Shown: positions 20,267-29,907 of the stretch, in pieces
Position numbering within the stretch: the stretch's first letter is position 1
Layout of the letters: each line of letters starts with the position of its first letter
DNA from: Phycisphaeraceae bacterium
GTDB taxonomy: Bacteria; Planctomycetota; Phycisphaerae; Phycisphaerales; Phycisphaeraceae
Direction of reading: 5' to 3'
Assembly (NCBI GenBank): GCA_963674705.1
Contig: OY771506.1
Coordinates: forward strand, 672,001 to 736,000
DNA: 64,000 bases
Made by a program: the position numbers and the translations under genes
The notes under the pieces: model-generated
What the model was told of the DNA's origin: nothing
Database searches by the model: none
What the model saw: the letters and a program-made list of their open reading frames with translations, nothing else

Positions 20267-22338
20267 GCTACCGCGAAGACAATCACGTCGCCTACGAAAA
20301 CGAAGCCGTCCGCCTGGACATCCGTGAGAAAGTCACGGGTAAGGCGAAGTACACCACGGACTACTACCCTAAAGATATGCTCTGGGCCGGCTACATCCGC
20401 TGCCCGTACGGCGTGGGGCAGTTGCGATCCTTCGACAAAGACGCAGCACTCAAAGTGCCGGGCGTGCTTGAAGTCGAAATAACGAAGCGAGAAGGCGCCT
20501 ATGCAGGCGACCGCATGGGTCACATCTGCGCCGAATCCCGACAAGCCTACGAAGCGGGCTTAGCGGCGCTGAACGCACAATTCCGCTCGGGTTTTGCCAA
20601 GACAGACCCGAAGATGGAAATGACCCCGCTCGATCAAATCCAGCAACCCGACAATCTGCCGCAAGCAAACAAGGTCCTCGAAGACGCCGCCGTCGTCGTC
20701 GAAGCAACCTACCAGACGCAGGTGCAGACCCACTGCTGCCTCGAGCCGCACATCGGCATGGTCGACTTCAAGGGCGATCACGCCACCGCATGGGGCTCGA
20801 CGCAAGGCACGTTCTCGTTCCGCAACGATCTTGCAGGCACGCTCGGGCTGAACAACAGCGATGTCGAGTTCCACTGCGAATACATCGGCGGCGGGTTCGG
20901 CAGCAAGTTTGGCGCAGGCGCTGAAGGCACACTCGCCGCACAGATGAGCAAAAAGTACAAACGACCCTGCCGCGTCGGGCTATCACGCAAAGAAGAGCAA
21001 CTCGACTCCGGCAACCGCCCCGGCAGCATCCAGATGGCAAAGATCGGTGCAACCAAGGACGGCAAACTCCTCGGCGGCCGCGTTCACATCGCGGGTGTCG
21101 TCGGCCCTACGGGCGGCGGCGGCGGCGCACGCAACCCATCGCGGTACAACTTCGGCACCGTCGCCACGACCCATGAGGATGTGCACCTCAACGCCGGCTA
21201 CCCACGAGCCATGCGCGCACCGGGCCACCCGCAAGGCGTGTTCGGCGTCGAAATGATGATGGAAGAGCTGGCCGCCAAACTCGGTATGGACCCCCTCGAA
21301 TTCCGACTCAAAAACGATCCACACGAAAACCGCCGAGAGATGCTAAAGGTCGGCGCGGAAATGATCGGCTGGAACCGTCGCAAACCGAATGGTTCAAGCG
21401 AAGGCCCGATCAAGCGCGGGCTCGGCGTCGCCGTCGCGGACTGGGGCAACGGGCCCGGTGGCGCAACCGTCACTGTCGAAGTCTACCCGGATGGCACAGT
21501 CGTCGCCCTCTCCGGCAGCCAGGACATCGGCACCGGCTTCCGCACCATGCTCGGCGACTGCGTGCTGCATCAGATGGGCCTGCCTCGCAAATTCCTGAAA
21601 GTCAAAGTCGGCAACAGCACACTCCCGCCCGGCCCCGCAAGCGGCGGCTCCGTCACCAGCCGATTCGTCGCGCCAAAAGCGCTCGGCGCAGCCGACCAGG
21701 CCAGACAGGCAATCCTCAAACTCGTCGCACAGGAATGGCAGACCGATGCGGCCGGCCTCTCCATCGCCGACGGCGTTATCCGTAACGGCTCGCGCGAAAT
21801 GGCTTGGCAACAAGCATGCCGACTCATCACCGATGATCGCTTGACTTTCAGTTCATCCGAAGATGGCGCGTTCCGCACCCGCCCGACGGATAGCGACGCC
21901 GTCCAATTCGTTGAAGTCGAGGTCGATACCGAAACCGGCATCGTCCGCGTGATCAAGGTCGTCGCCCTTCAGGATGTGGGCCAGCCGGTCAATCGACACA
22001 CGGTCGAAAACCAGATCACCGGCGCGGTCATCCAAGGCCTGAGCTTCGCACTTTTTGAAGACCGCACGCTCGACCCAACGCTCGGCGCGATGGTGAACGC
22101 GGATATGGAGTACTACAAGATCGCCGGACCCGCCGATGTGCCCAAGATCGTGCCCGTGTTGTGGATCTCGCGTGATGATGTCTCGGTCAACAGCCTGGGC
22201 GAACCGCCTGTCATCCCGACGCCCGGCGCAATCGGTTGTGCGGTGTTTAACGCGATCGGCGCACCGGTGCGTCAGATGCCGATCACGCCGGCCCGTGTGC
22301 TTGAAGCAATCGCCGGTATGGAAGGAGGCCGGGCATGA
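20263..22338 (+). CDS. XDH-family molybdopterin-binding subunit (PaoC/YagR-like)
   Basis: EKVTGKAKY, IGGGFGSK, AMRAPGHPQG, QDIGTG, LGEPPVIP; ATGA overlap with upstream gene. Confidence 0.92.
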   Translation: MSYREDNHVAYENEAVRLDIREKVTGKAKYTTDYYPKDMLWAGYIRCPYGVGQLRSFDKDAALKVPGVLEVEITKREGAYAGDRMGHICAESRQAYEAGLAALNAQFRSGFAKTDPKMEMTPLDQIQQPDNLPQANKVLEDAAVVVEATYQTQVQTHCCLEPHIGMVDFKGDHATAWGSTQGTFSFRNDLAGTLGLNNSDVEFHCEYIGGGFGSKFGAGAEGTLAAQMSKKYKRPCRVGLSRKEEQLDSGNRPGSIQMAKIGATKDGKLLGGRVHIAGVVGPTGGGGGARNPSRYNFGTVATTHEDVHLNAGYPRAMRAPGHPQGVFGVEMMMEELAAKLGMDPLEFRLKNDPHENRREMLKVGAEMIGWNRRKPNGSSEGPIKRGLGVAVADWGNGPGGATVTVEVYPDGTVVALSGSQDIGTGFRTMLGDCVLHQMGLPRKFLKVKVGNSTLPPGPASGGSVTSRFVAPKALGAADQARQAILKLVAQEWQTDAAGLSIADGVIRNGSREMAWQQACRLITDDRLTFSSSEDGAFRTRPTDSDAVQFVEVEVDTETGIVRVIKVVALQDVGQPVNRHTVENQITGAVIQGLSFALFEDRTLDPTLGAMVNADMEYYKIAGPADVPKIVPVLWISRDDVSVNSLGEPPVIPTPGAIGCAVFNAIGAPVRQMPITPARVLEAIAGMEGGRA

Positions 22339-23291
22339 AACCATTTACTTACGAAGTCGCAGACGATCTGGATAGCGCTCTGACCGTCCTCAACAACCAG
22401 CGCACGCTCAAGGCAGGCGGGCTCGACCTGGTCGACCGCATGAAAGAACGTATCGAACTGCCCGACACGATCGTCTCGATCGGTGGCATCGATGCGCTTC
22501 GCTACATCAAGGAAGATGGCAACACGATCCGCATCGGTTGCCTTTCAACGCTCGCCGACATCGGGCGCAGCAAGATGCTGGCCGAACGCTTCCCCGCGTT
22601 TCACGAATCCGCCGGCGGCGCAGCTACGCCGCAGGTACGCGAGCAAGCCACGCTCGGCGGCAACCTCTGCCAGCGCCCGCGCTGCTGGTACTTCCGCAGC
22701 ATCGACTTCGATTGCCTGAAAAAAGGCGGCGGCACGTGCTACGCCATCGAAGGGGAAAACCGTTACCACGCCGTGATCGGCGGCGGCCCTTGTCACATCG
22801 TTCACCCGTCCAACTGCGCCCCGCCGTTGGTCGCGGCCGATGCCGAATTTGTTATTAAAAGCGCCAAGGGCGAACGCACCGTCAAAGCTGCCGACTTCTT
22901 CAAGCTCCCGCGCGAATCCATGTACGCGGAGAACCAGCTCGAAGAAGGCGAAGTCCTTGCCGAAGTCGTCATCCCCAACGTGCCGACGCATAGCGCAAGC
23001 GTGGAGCTGCGCGAAAAACAATCATTCGACTGGCCCATGGCGATGGCGTCCGCCGCAAAAGTCAACGGCCAATGGCGCATCTGCCTCGGCGCCGTCGCGC
23101 CGATCCCCTGGCTCAGTCAGCCCGCTATGAACGTGGTCGGCTCATCCGACATCACGTCCGAGCTTGCGGCCAAAGCAGGCGAAGCTGCCGCTGAAGAAGC
23201 TGAGCCGATGGCGCAAAATGCATACAAAGTCCAACTGATTAAGGTTGCGGTAAAACGTGCGCTGCTCATCGCATCAGGTAAACAAGTGTAA
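22335..23291 (+). CDS. XDH-family FAD-binding subunit with 4Fe-4S insert (PaoB/YagS-like)
   Basis: AGGLDLVD, ATPQVREQATLGGNLCQRPRCWYFR...CLKKGGGTC, HPS. Confidence 0.92.
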   Translation: MKPFTYEVADDLDSALTVLNNQRTLKAGGLDLVDRMKERIELPDTIVSIGGIDALRYIKEDGNTIRIGCLSTLADIGRSKMLAERFPAFHESAGGAATPQVREQATLGGNLCQRPRCWYFRSIDFDCLKKGGGTCYAIEGENRYHAVIGGGPCHIVHPSNCAPPLVAADAEFVIKSAKGERTVKAADFFKLPRESMYAENQLEEGEVLAEVVIPNVPTHSASVELREKQSFDWPMAMASAAKVNGQWRICLGAVAPIPWLSQPAMNVVGSSDITSELAAKAGEAAAEEAEPMAQNAYKVQLIKVAVKRALLIASGKQV

Positions 23292-23305
23292 GAAGAAGAA
23301 GAACG

Positions 23306-23404
23306 TTCACCGCGGAGGACGCAGAGATCGCAGAGATGAATTAAAGCAGATTAATCTCGATTCATTTGTTTTAACTCTGCGTCCTCTGCGCTCTCTGCGG
23401 TGAA
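23306..23404. repeat. Intergenic inverted repeat of CGCAGAG-type units
   Basis: TTCACCGCGGAGGACGCAGAGATCGCAGAG ... CTCTGCGTCCTCTGCGCTCTCTGCGGTGAA. Confidence 0.8.
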
Positions 23405-23427
23405 TCCAAGTTTCAGGAGGCATCTAT

Positions 23428-23685
23428 ATGAAAATCATCCCAGGCGGCGTCGACATCTCCCCCGGCAATGACCCACTGAACCCCAGCAGCACCTCCCCTC
23501 TGCCCTGCTGCGCCAAGCTGTGCTGCAAAACCATGTACTACCGACCCGACGAAAGGCCCGGCAAACTCCACGAGTCCGACACCGCTATCCACTGGTGCAG
23601 CCTGACCCAACAACCCGTCGGCCCGGACAACCAGGAAGCCAAACCAAGCCTGTGCCAGGCCGGGCGCGGGTGTTTTTGCTTATAA
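23428..23685 (+). CDS. Small Cys-rich hypothetical protein downstream of the molybdoenzyme operon
   Basis: Strong RBS CAGGAGG; 85 aa with 8 Cys; codon usage typical of the window. Confidence 0.75.
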   Translation: MKIIPGGVDISPGNDPLNPSSTSPLPCCAKLCCKTMYYRPDERPGKLHESDTAIHWCSLTQQPVGPDNQEAKPSLCQAGRGCFCL

Positions 23686-23739
23686 AAAGCATTTGATAAC
23701 CGCGAAGGCGCGAAGCGATTGCGAAGTTATGATAGGTTG

Positions 23740-24750
23740 ATGGTTAGACAAAACGTACATGGGTTCCTGCTAATCGTATTGTTCTTGGTGTCGGCAAACG
23801 TCATGGCTGAAAACGATAACGCTTTGACCTTCACCAATCCCATCGCCGCGCGCGGGCAGGACCCGTGGGTTGTCCAGCATGACGGTTTGTTCTACTACTG
23901 CTACTCCGCCGGCGGGAAAATCGGCATCCGTGTTTCCGATCGGCTCGAGAAGATCGGTGACGGCGAAGAACACATCGCGTGGCGTCCTCCAGAAGATAAA
24001 CCTTATTCAAAAGAGATCTGGGCGCCGGAGTTGCATCACATCGACAGCCGATGGTACATCTACTTCGCGGCCGACGACGGCAAAAACCACAATCACCGTA
24101 TGTACGTCCTGCAAAGCGAGGCCGACGACCCGCTCGGGCCTTATGTGTTCGTCGGCAAGGTCTCGGACGACACCAACAAATGGGCGATCGACGGCACGGT
24201 GCTGCAACTCAACGGCAAGCTGTACTTCATCTGGTCCGGTTGGCCCGGTGATGTGAATGTCGTGCAGAACCTTTACATCGCACCGATGAGCGACCCCGCC
24301 ACCATCTCCGGCAAGCGCGCACTCATCAGTGAACCAACACACGACTGGGAACGCATCGGCGATCCGAAAGTCAACGAGGGCCCCGAGGTCTTAACACGCG
24401 GCGACAAGGTCCACATCATTTATTCAGCAAGTGGAAGCTGGACCGACGACTACTGCCTTGGTCGAATTACTCTTACCGGCAACGATGACCCGATGGACCC
24501 GGCCTCATGGGTCAAGCACGACCAACCGGTTTTCAAACGCACCGCACACGTCTTTGGCCCCGGCCACGCCAGTTTCGTGCATCTCGAAAACGCCACGGGC
24601 CCAAAGGATTGGATCATCTACCACGCCGCACAGCACCAAGGCGCCGGCTGGAAACGTGATGTACGCTTGCAGCCCTTTACATGGGACGCCCATGATAACC
24701 CCCTCTTCGGCGAACCAGTAAAACCCGGCATGCCGATCGTTCTGCCGTAA
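23740..24750 (+). CDS. Glycoside hydrolase family 43 (arabinofuranosidase/xylosidase-like), secreted
   Basis: QDPWV, IWAPELH, WAIDGT, VNEGP, FGPGHASF motifs. Confidence 0.92.
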   Translation: MVRQNVHGFLLIVLFLVSANVMAENDNALTFTNPIAARGQDPWVVQHDGLFYYCYSAGGKIGIRVSDRLEKIGDGEEHIAWRPPEDKPYSKEIWAPELHHIDSRWYIYFAADDGKNHNHRMYVLQSEADDPLGPYVFVGKVSDDTNKWAIDGTVLQLNGKLYFIWSGWPGDVNVVQNLYIAPMSDPATISGKRALISEPTHDWERIGDPKVNEGPEVLTRGDKVHIIYSASGSWTDDYCLGRITLTGNDDPMDPASWVKHDQPVFKRTAHVFGPGHASFVHLENATGPKDWIIYHAAQHQGAGWKRDVRLQPFTWDAHDNPLFGEPVKPGMPIVLP

Positions 24751-24806
24751 AACGTCGTGTCCGCCTCACGCCCGGTGCAGACCCGAAGCCCTGTCGATTC
24801 CCGCTA

Positions 24807-24839
24807 AAGACATCTAATATAAGTTATATTAGATGTCTT
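24807..24839. repeat. Perfect 33-bp palindrome, copy 2 (AAGACATCTAATATAA-G-TTATATTAGATGTCTT)
   Basis: Read directly. Confidence 0.95.
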
Positions 24840-25020
24840 ATGGCTAGGTGCCTCACAACTGATGAGGCCGGGCTGATGCGTTTCGAGGGTTGACGAACCC
24901 GATCAGGCGGAAGGGTTAACGCTGCCGTACTCGGCACGTGTCTGCCGATCCCGCCGTGGTAGCGGGCCAAAGGTCTCCGGGATTTGATGCCCACGCCGAG
25001 TGAAGTGCACGAATCCCGGC
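24840..25020 (+). pseudogene. Decayed ArsR-family regulator remnant
   Basis: ATG GCT AGG directly after the palindrome; frameshifted ADAFRGLTNPIRRK and later LMPTPSEVHE; 36/40 nt identical to 10437-10476. Confidence 0.55.
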
Positions 25021-25161
25021 GGCGACCTTGTCACTGCGCGATCAAGATGTGGCAACCATCATATAATGCGATTGAATCAGGTCCGCGCTAGCTGCTAGCG
25101 TCCAGTTTCGCAAGCGCTTCTTTCGCTTTACCACAGCATTCCTCGGCAGACTCGTACTCGG

Positions 25162-26295
25162 TTAATATTCTCTCGTAAGTTGCTCTCGCCTGATCGGATT
25201 GCCCGCGGCCTCATAATTTTGCGCCAGCGACAACAGTGCCTTCGCTTCGCTCTCGGCTTGAGCCACACGGATCTCAAGCATCTTCTGTTCGTCGCTTTCA
25301 AGCGCGGCGATGCGCAGCGCAGCGGTGTGGCCCGCCTCGGTCTCGGGAACGCGATCCAGCAACCAGTCGTAGAGCGTGTAGGCTTGGTAATACTTGCCCG
25401 CTTCTTCCATCTGCTGGGCCTGGGCGAGTTTGGACTCAACCAACCTGGGATGCACAGCCGCGCGCTGCGGGTCGGCGGCTACCGGCCCCTCGTTTTCAAC
25501 CGCCTCCGCCAAGGCCGCAAATCGTTCAGCCGCTTCGGGATTCGCCGCCTTTGCAGCCTCGATCGCCTCGACGGTTTCACCCTTCAATTCAAGCATCGCA
25601 AACAACACACGCGCGTTCGCCAGCACGCGCTTATCCGTCAGTAACTCCTCGGGCACCTCGCCGATCAATGTGAGCAACTGTTCGCCGTCGGCCTTATCGA
25701 GCATCGCCCGGGCTCGACGCAGCGACGTAACGACCTGGTCACGCAACTCATTCATGGATGGTGAATTGTCCGCTTCCTGCGGGGGCGAAGGCGGGTGATT
25801 CTTCAAGGCGTCCTGGAATGCTGAATCCATATTCGCAGGATGTCCTGCCCACAGCACTTCACCTTCAGGCGAGAGGATGAAGATGCGCGGGATGCCCTTA
25901 ACCCCCCAGGCCTTGGCCATGGTGTTGTTCCAGCCCTTGCCGTCAAAGTACTGCGGCCAAGGCATGTTCCGCTGTTTGATAAAGCTTTCCATCGATCGGC
26001 GGTTGGAGTCCAGGCTGACGCCGAGCACCTGCACGCCCTGCGACGCATACTCCTGGTTCAGCTTGATCATGTGCGGCATCGACTGAACACACGGCCCGCA
26101 CCACGTCGCCCAGAAGTCGATGATGACGATCCGGCCGCGCAACGCTTCGGAAGTCACGCGTGTGCCATCGGTCGCGGTGAAGTCGATGTTTGGCCGATCG
26201 CCGACAGAGACACCCGCCAGAGCCTGCGACACAAATACAAACAGACAAGCCACCCCGCCAAAATTGGCGGTCAATCTTTTCAGCGCGTAAATCAT
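25162..26295 (-). CDS. TlpA/ResA-type thiol:disulfide oxidoreductase with helical C-terminal extension
   Basis: IIDFWATWCGPC, GVSLD, WGVKGIPRIFI; signal peptide. Confidence 0.9.
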   Translation of the reverse strand: MIYALKRLTANFGGVACLFVFVSQALAGVSVGDRPNIDFTATDGTRVTSEALRGRIVIIDFWATWCGPCVQSMPHMIKLNQEYASQGVQVLGVSLDSNRRSMESFIKQRNMPWPQYFDGKGWNNTMAKAWGVKGIPRIFILSPEGEVLWAGHPANMDSAFQDALKNHPPSPPQEADNSPSMNELRDQVVTSLRRARAMLDKADGEQLLTLIGEVPEELLTDKRVLANARVLFAMLELKGETVEAIEAAKAANPEAAERFAALAEAVENEGPVAADPQRAAVHPRLVESKLAQAQQMEEAGKYYQAYTLYDWLLDRVPETEAGHTAALRIAALESDEQKMLEIRVAQAESEAKALLSLAQNYEAAGNPIRREQLTREY

Positions 26296-26323
26296 CACGA
26301 TTCCCCTTGGCGTTTGGACCCAA

Positions 26324-26869
26324 TTATTGAGCAACCGGCTCCGCTTCTTGCACATCATCCTCTGCTTCGCTCTTGCTGAGCATGTCGGTGACGGCTTTCT
26401 GCATCGCTTGTGCGGTTACGACTTCTTCAACGATCACACAATCCGCGCCGGCCTGCGAGCAGAGCATCCCCTTGCTGACGAAGTTCGTGCGGGCGGCGAT
26501 GAAGATATCCGGGTTGAGGCTGCGCGCGACCTTGCACGCCTGCACCGCGTCCTCCTCGTTGGGGACCGCTAAGATCAATACGTCCGCCCGATCGATGCCC
26601 GCACGCTTGAGCGTCTCCACCTCAAGCACGTTGCCGTAGATGACATTCTTGTTCAGGCCGAGTTGTTTCTCGATGGTGTCGAGATTGAGTTCGACGATTG
26701 TGACGTCAAGCCCCTGCCGTTCCAGCTCCAACGCCACCATCCGCCCCACCACGCCGAAGCCGACGACGATGGCGCGGTGATGGTTGGGTGTGATCCGTTC
26801 GTGATGTTGTCGTGATGTGTTACTCACGCTGGACCTCTCCGCCTGTCCCCGATGGATATCGAACGCCAC
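26324..26869 (-). CDS. Stand-alone TrkA-N (RCK) NAD-binding domain protein
   Basis: AIVVGFGVVGR, YGNV..ETLKRAGIDRAD, ARSLNPDIFIAAR. Confidence 0.85.
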   Translation of the reverse strand: MAFDIHRGQAERSSVSNTSRQHHERITPNHHRAIVVGFGVVGRMVALELERQGLDVTIVELNLDTIEKQLGLNKNVIYGNVLEVETLKRAGIDRADVLILAVPNEEDAVQACKVARSLNPDIFIAARTNFVSKGMLCSQAGADCVIVEEVVTAQAMQKAVTDMLSKSEAEDDVQEAEPVAQ

Positions 26870-27013
26870 GAGCTTATGGTAGGTATTCTAGCAGCCGTAA
26901 TACACCGTCGCCCGCTCTCAGTATAAGGGATGGCGGCATCCCCTGTTACTAAGTGTTCGGCCGGACACGGCACCCCCAACCGTTCAGCGGATTACGCATC
27001 GATACAGGCAAAT

Positions 27014-27044
27014 AAAAAACCGGCGGGATTAGCCGCCGGCTTTT
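27014..27044 (-). terminator. Rho-independent terminator
   Basis: AAAAAACCGGCGG-GATTAG-CCGCCGGCTTTT downstream of the minus-strand PEP-CTERM gene. Confidence 0.7.
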
Positions 27045-27071
27045 GTGCGTTTGGTTTTTTGAACCGTAAAC

Positions 27072-27914
27072 TCAGCGTCGCCGGATCAGGACACCGCCCA
27101 GGCCCAACGAGATCAGGCCGAGTGTCGCAGGTTCGGGCACGACGGCCGAGGTCGCTTCGTCTTGGCTGGCGCTCGCGGGTGTGATCGGCGTGAAGATCGG
27201 ATCAAGCGGCTCAAAGCCGTCGTTATCATCAATCAGATCGCCCGGGACAACCGGATCGCCATCTAACGGGATGTACCCGCCGCCATTGATGAAGTCGTAC
27301 TTGTGGACAATATCATATGCATATCCTTCCAGATCGCTTAGAAGTTTGAAATAATGATCATAAGGATTTTCGTTGGGATAATAGTACGAGAAGTATGAAA
27401 AACCATACTGCAGGTAGCCGTCATAATCCTGGATAGCTTCGACGTAATCATTGTAAAGATTGATGTCATACGTCATGTTCACAAGATCGTTATATGCGTA
27501 GAAAAGCGGATTCCCCGTGTTCAATGTATAGGCGTTCTGCCCGGTGAACATGTTCTTGTACAGTTCAACATCTGATAAATGGTAAGCGGATGCGATTAAC
27601 TTCTCGTATTCTTCATACGACATTTCAGAAAAGTCAAAACCACTTCCGCTCAAATCCGGCATCGGGAAAGAAAACGGGTTCGGCGCCTCATACACCGCGT
27701 AAGAATCCGCATCACCAAACAAACCGAGTGTGCTGAACGTCAGGTAGGTTTGGATGCCGGCGTCGAGTTGGATCTTGCTGCGTTTCAGATCACCGATCGT
27801 GCGGATCTTCGTGTTACCACTGCCTCGGTACTGCTGAGCCTGAACCGGATAAGCAGCGACCAAGGAAAGAACCGTGACGGCGAGACAGATTTTGGTCAAT
27901 AATGATTGATGCAT
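27072..27914 (-). CDS. PEP-CTERM protein, Tyr-rich, unknown function
   Basis: Signal peptide; VPEPATLGLISLGLGGVLIRRR; lower-GC core. Confidence 0.85.
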   Translation of the reverse strand: MHQSLLTKICLAVTVLSLVAAYPVQAQQYRGSGNTKIRTIGDLKRSKIQLDAGIQTYLTFSTLGLFGDADSYAVYEAPNPFSFPMPDLSGSGFDFSEMSYEEYEKLIASAYHLSDVELYKNMFTGQNAYTLNTGNPLFYAYNDLVNMTYDINLYNDYVEAIQDYDGYLQYGFSYFSYYYPNENPYDHYFKLLSDLEGYAYDIVHKYDFINGGGYIPLDGDPVVPGDLIDDNDGFEPLDPIFTPITPASASQDEATSAVVPEPATLGLISLGLGGVLIRRR

Positions 27915-28055
27915 GATGAACCCCGGGACGCTTTACGCCCCAACATAAAATGGACCCACAAAGTAAACCCCACTGATGCCTAAAGTGTATTCGCAAAGTG
28001 GTTTGGGGGCAAGGAAAAACCACCAGGACCTGCCGTTCTGTAGCGATATTAACGG

Positions 28056-29714
28056 CTAATTGCGGGGATTATCAGCCCGGCCGGTATTATCGGACGGCGA
28101 CTGATACGCCCCGATATCCACCGGCAACCCCGCAGAAACGGGATTCGCCCAGAAGTCGAACCGCCCGTGGCTGGAAAGGCGGATGCCCGCCCCTCTAAGT
28201 GGAGAATTGGACTGGGTTTGGTAGCCATTGAGACCCAGCTCCATGCTCTGGCCCATCCCCGGATCAATAAACAGCGGGTCTGCCGTCACCGGATTCAGCT
28301 CATCGGCCGGCCTCTGGCAGTCACCAAAATAGGCGTTGTGCTGGAACCGGATCGCAGGTGCTTGCCCCTCTTTGACCGGGACTTCCCCCATCTCCAGGAC
28401 CGCAGAACCCTTTGTGAAAAATGCGTTATTCGCCAGTAGTGCACTCGGTTGCCCAGCCCCCGCACCGCTGACTTGCAGCATGACGCTCTGCTTCTCGGGA
28501 CCACAATAGACCGTGTTGTTGTAAAGCATCGCCTCCCGGACCGGGCCCGTTACCAGGAACGCCGTCTGATCGTTCTGGCTGATGTTGTAGCGGACAGCCG
28601 TCTGATCGTTGCCGACATCACCTCGATTCGCAACGGCCTTGACCGGGTTGCTAGCAACAACCGCCATCGCGCCGCTGTTGTCGTGTGAGAAGTTGAACTG
28701 AAGTGTGTTCTCTCGACTGTTGGCTCCACAACGAAGCGCTGCACTTTTCTGCCCAGCAGTAAGACTCACCTCGTTGAACTGCACCAGCGAGTTATCGCAT
28801 GCCTCAAGCACAACGCCGGCCGCTTCGCCCGACTCGGCTTTGCCCGCGCTTTCAATCTTGTTGTATTCAATGATCGCGTTCTGGCAGCCCGTGAGTCGGA
28901 TGCCGTCGCCCGCAATGTCTTTGATGCTGTTCTCCCGGATGTTGACGTCGACATTTGCCAGCCAGCGGGCGCGATCGGTATGACCGCTGATGATGCAAAT
29001 GCCGTTGCGAGCCGCATCCTGAATCATACATTTTTCGATGAGCACGCCTTCAAAACGCGTCGGATTATTCATCCCGCGATTACGGAAGACAATCGCCGCC
29101 CCCTCGCCCAGGCCCGGCTCATCCTCGCCGTTGACATCATGCACAAACAGGTTGACCAGCTCGAAGTCCCCCACCGCCCCGAGGTCTTCAGCAAGCACAC
29201 TGATGCCGAAACGAAACGCTTCCGGCTTATCCCCCTTGTTCGTCAGCTCAAGATTCCTGACATGCCAGGCGCTGGTGTTCTCCAGCATAAGCGCCGCATC
29301 GTAGTCGCCCTCGGCATGGATCGCCGGCCGATCCCCATCCCCGTAAGAATCGATCGTCACCGGCCGGCCGGGTATCCCCGATCCCTTGGGGAACAATTGC
29401 CCGTGATACACCGTCCCCGCCTTGATGTAGATCGTGTCGCCCGGCGCGAACTGCGTCGAGTTGACCCGGCTAAGTGTCTTCCACGCCGACGTCGGCCGGG
29501 TGCCACGCGCCTCGTCATTGCCCGATTCGGCGTCCAGGTAATACGTCGTGTTCCCCGGCGACTTAAACGCGATCAACTGCCCGAACTGCGCCTGAGAACT
29601 GCTCGGCACAAAGCTCGGCAACAGACACAACATCCCCACCAGCAGCGCAGCAACCACAAACGCCCTTGGGCGAGCTAAGGCAACAGAATATCGGACAGTT
29701 CTAAACCTCAACAT
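28056..29714 (-). CDS. Secreted right-handed parallel beta-helix (pectin-lyase-like) protein
   Basis: TTYYLDAESGND..G..AWKTL, PGDTIYIKAG, Asn-ladder repeats, DPLF, DIGAYQ. Confidence 0.85.
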   Translation of the reverse strand: MLRFRTVRYSVALARPRAFVVAALLVGMLCLLPSFVPSSSQAQFGQLIAFKSPGNTTYYLDAESGNDEARGTRPTSAWKTLSRVNSTQFAPGDTIYIKAGTVYHGQLFPKGSGIPGRPVTIDSYGDGDRPAIHAEGDYDAALMLENTSAWHVRNLELTNKGDKPEAFRFGISVLAEDLGAVGDFELVNLFVHDVNGEDEPGLGEGAAIVFRNRGMNNPTRFEGVLIEKCMIQDAARNGICIISGHTDRARWLANVDVNIRENSIKDIAGDGIRLTGCQNAIIEYNKIESAGKAESGEAAGVVLEACDNSLVQFNEVSLTAGQKSAALRCGANSRENTLQFNFSHDNSGAMAVVASNPVKAVANRGDVGNDQTAVRYNISQNDQTAFLVTGPVREAMLYNNTVYCGPEKQSVMLQVSGAGAGQPSALLANNAFFTKGSAVLEMGEVPVKEGQAPAIRFQHNAYFGDCQRPADELNPVTADPLFIDPGMGQSMELGLNGYQTQSNSPLRGAGIRLSSHGRFDFWANPVSAGLPVDIGAYQSPSDNTGRADNPRN

Positions 29715-29850
29715 GAACCTGCCATTTAACCCTATCGTCGGAGATATGACACCAATAGGTTAACGCTTATCGGCAGCTTTTGCAGGGATCGCGCGGAGAC
29801 AGACACAGAACACACCAGAGCGTTCCCATACCAAACGATGCGTTCAACCA

Positions 29851-29876
29851 GTAGCCCCACGCGGGAGCGTGGGGCT
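29851..29876. repeat. GTAG-type REP-like hairpin after thrS
   Basis: GTAGCCCCACGC-GGGA-GCGTGGGGCT. Confidence 0.6.
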
Positions 29877-29907
29877 GAACCGTGGGCTTAAACGTGACCA
29901 CCACGCC

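Noticed and set aside
25128..25200. Possible frameshift or truncation at the TlpA C-terminus
   Set aside because: Cannot be distinguished from a natural end without orthologue alignment
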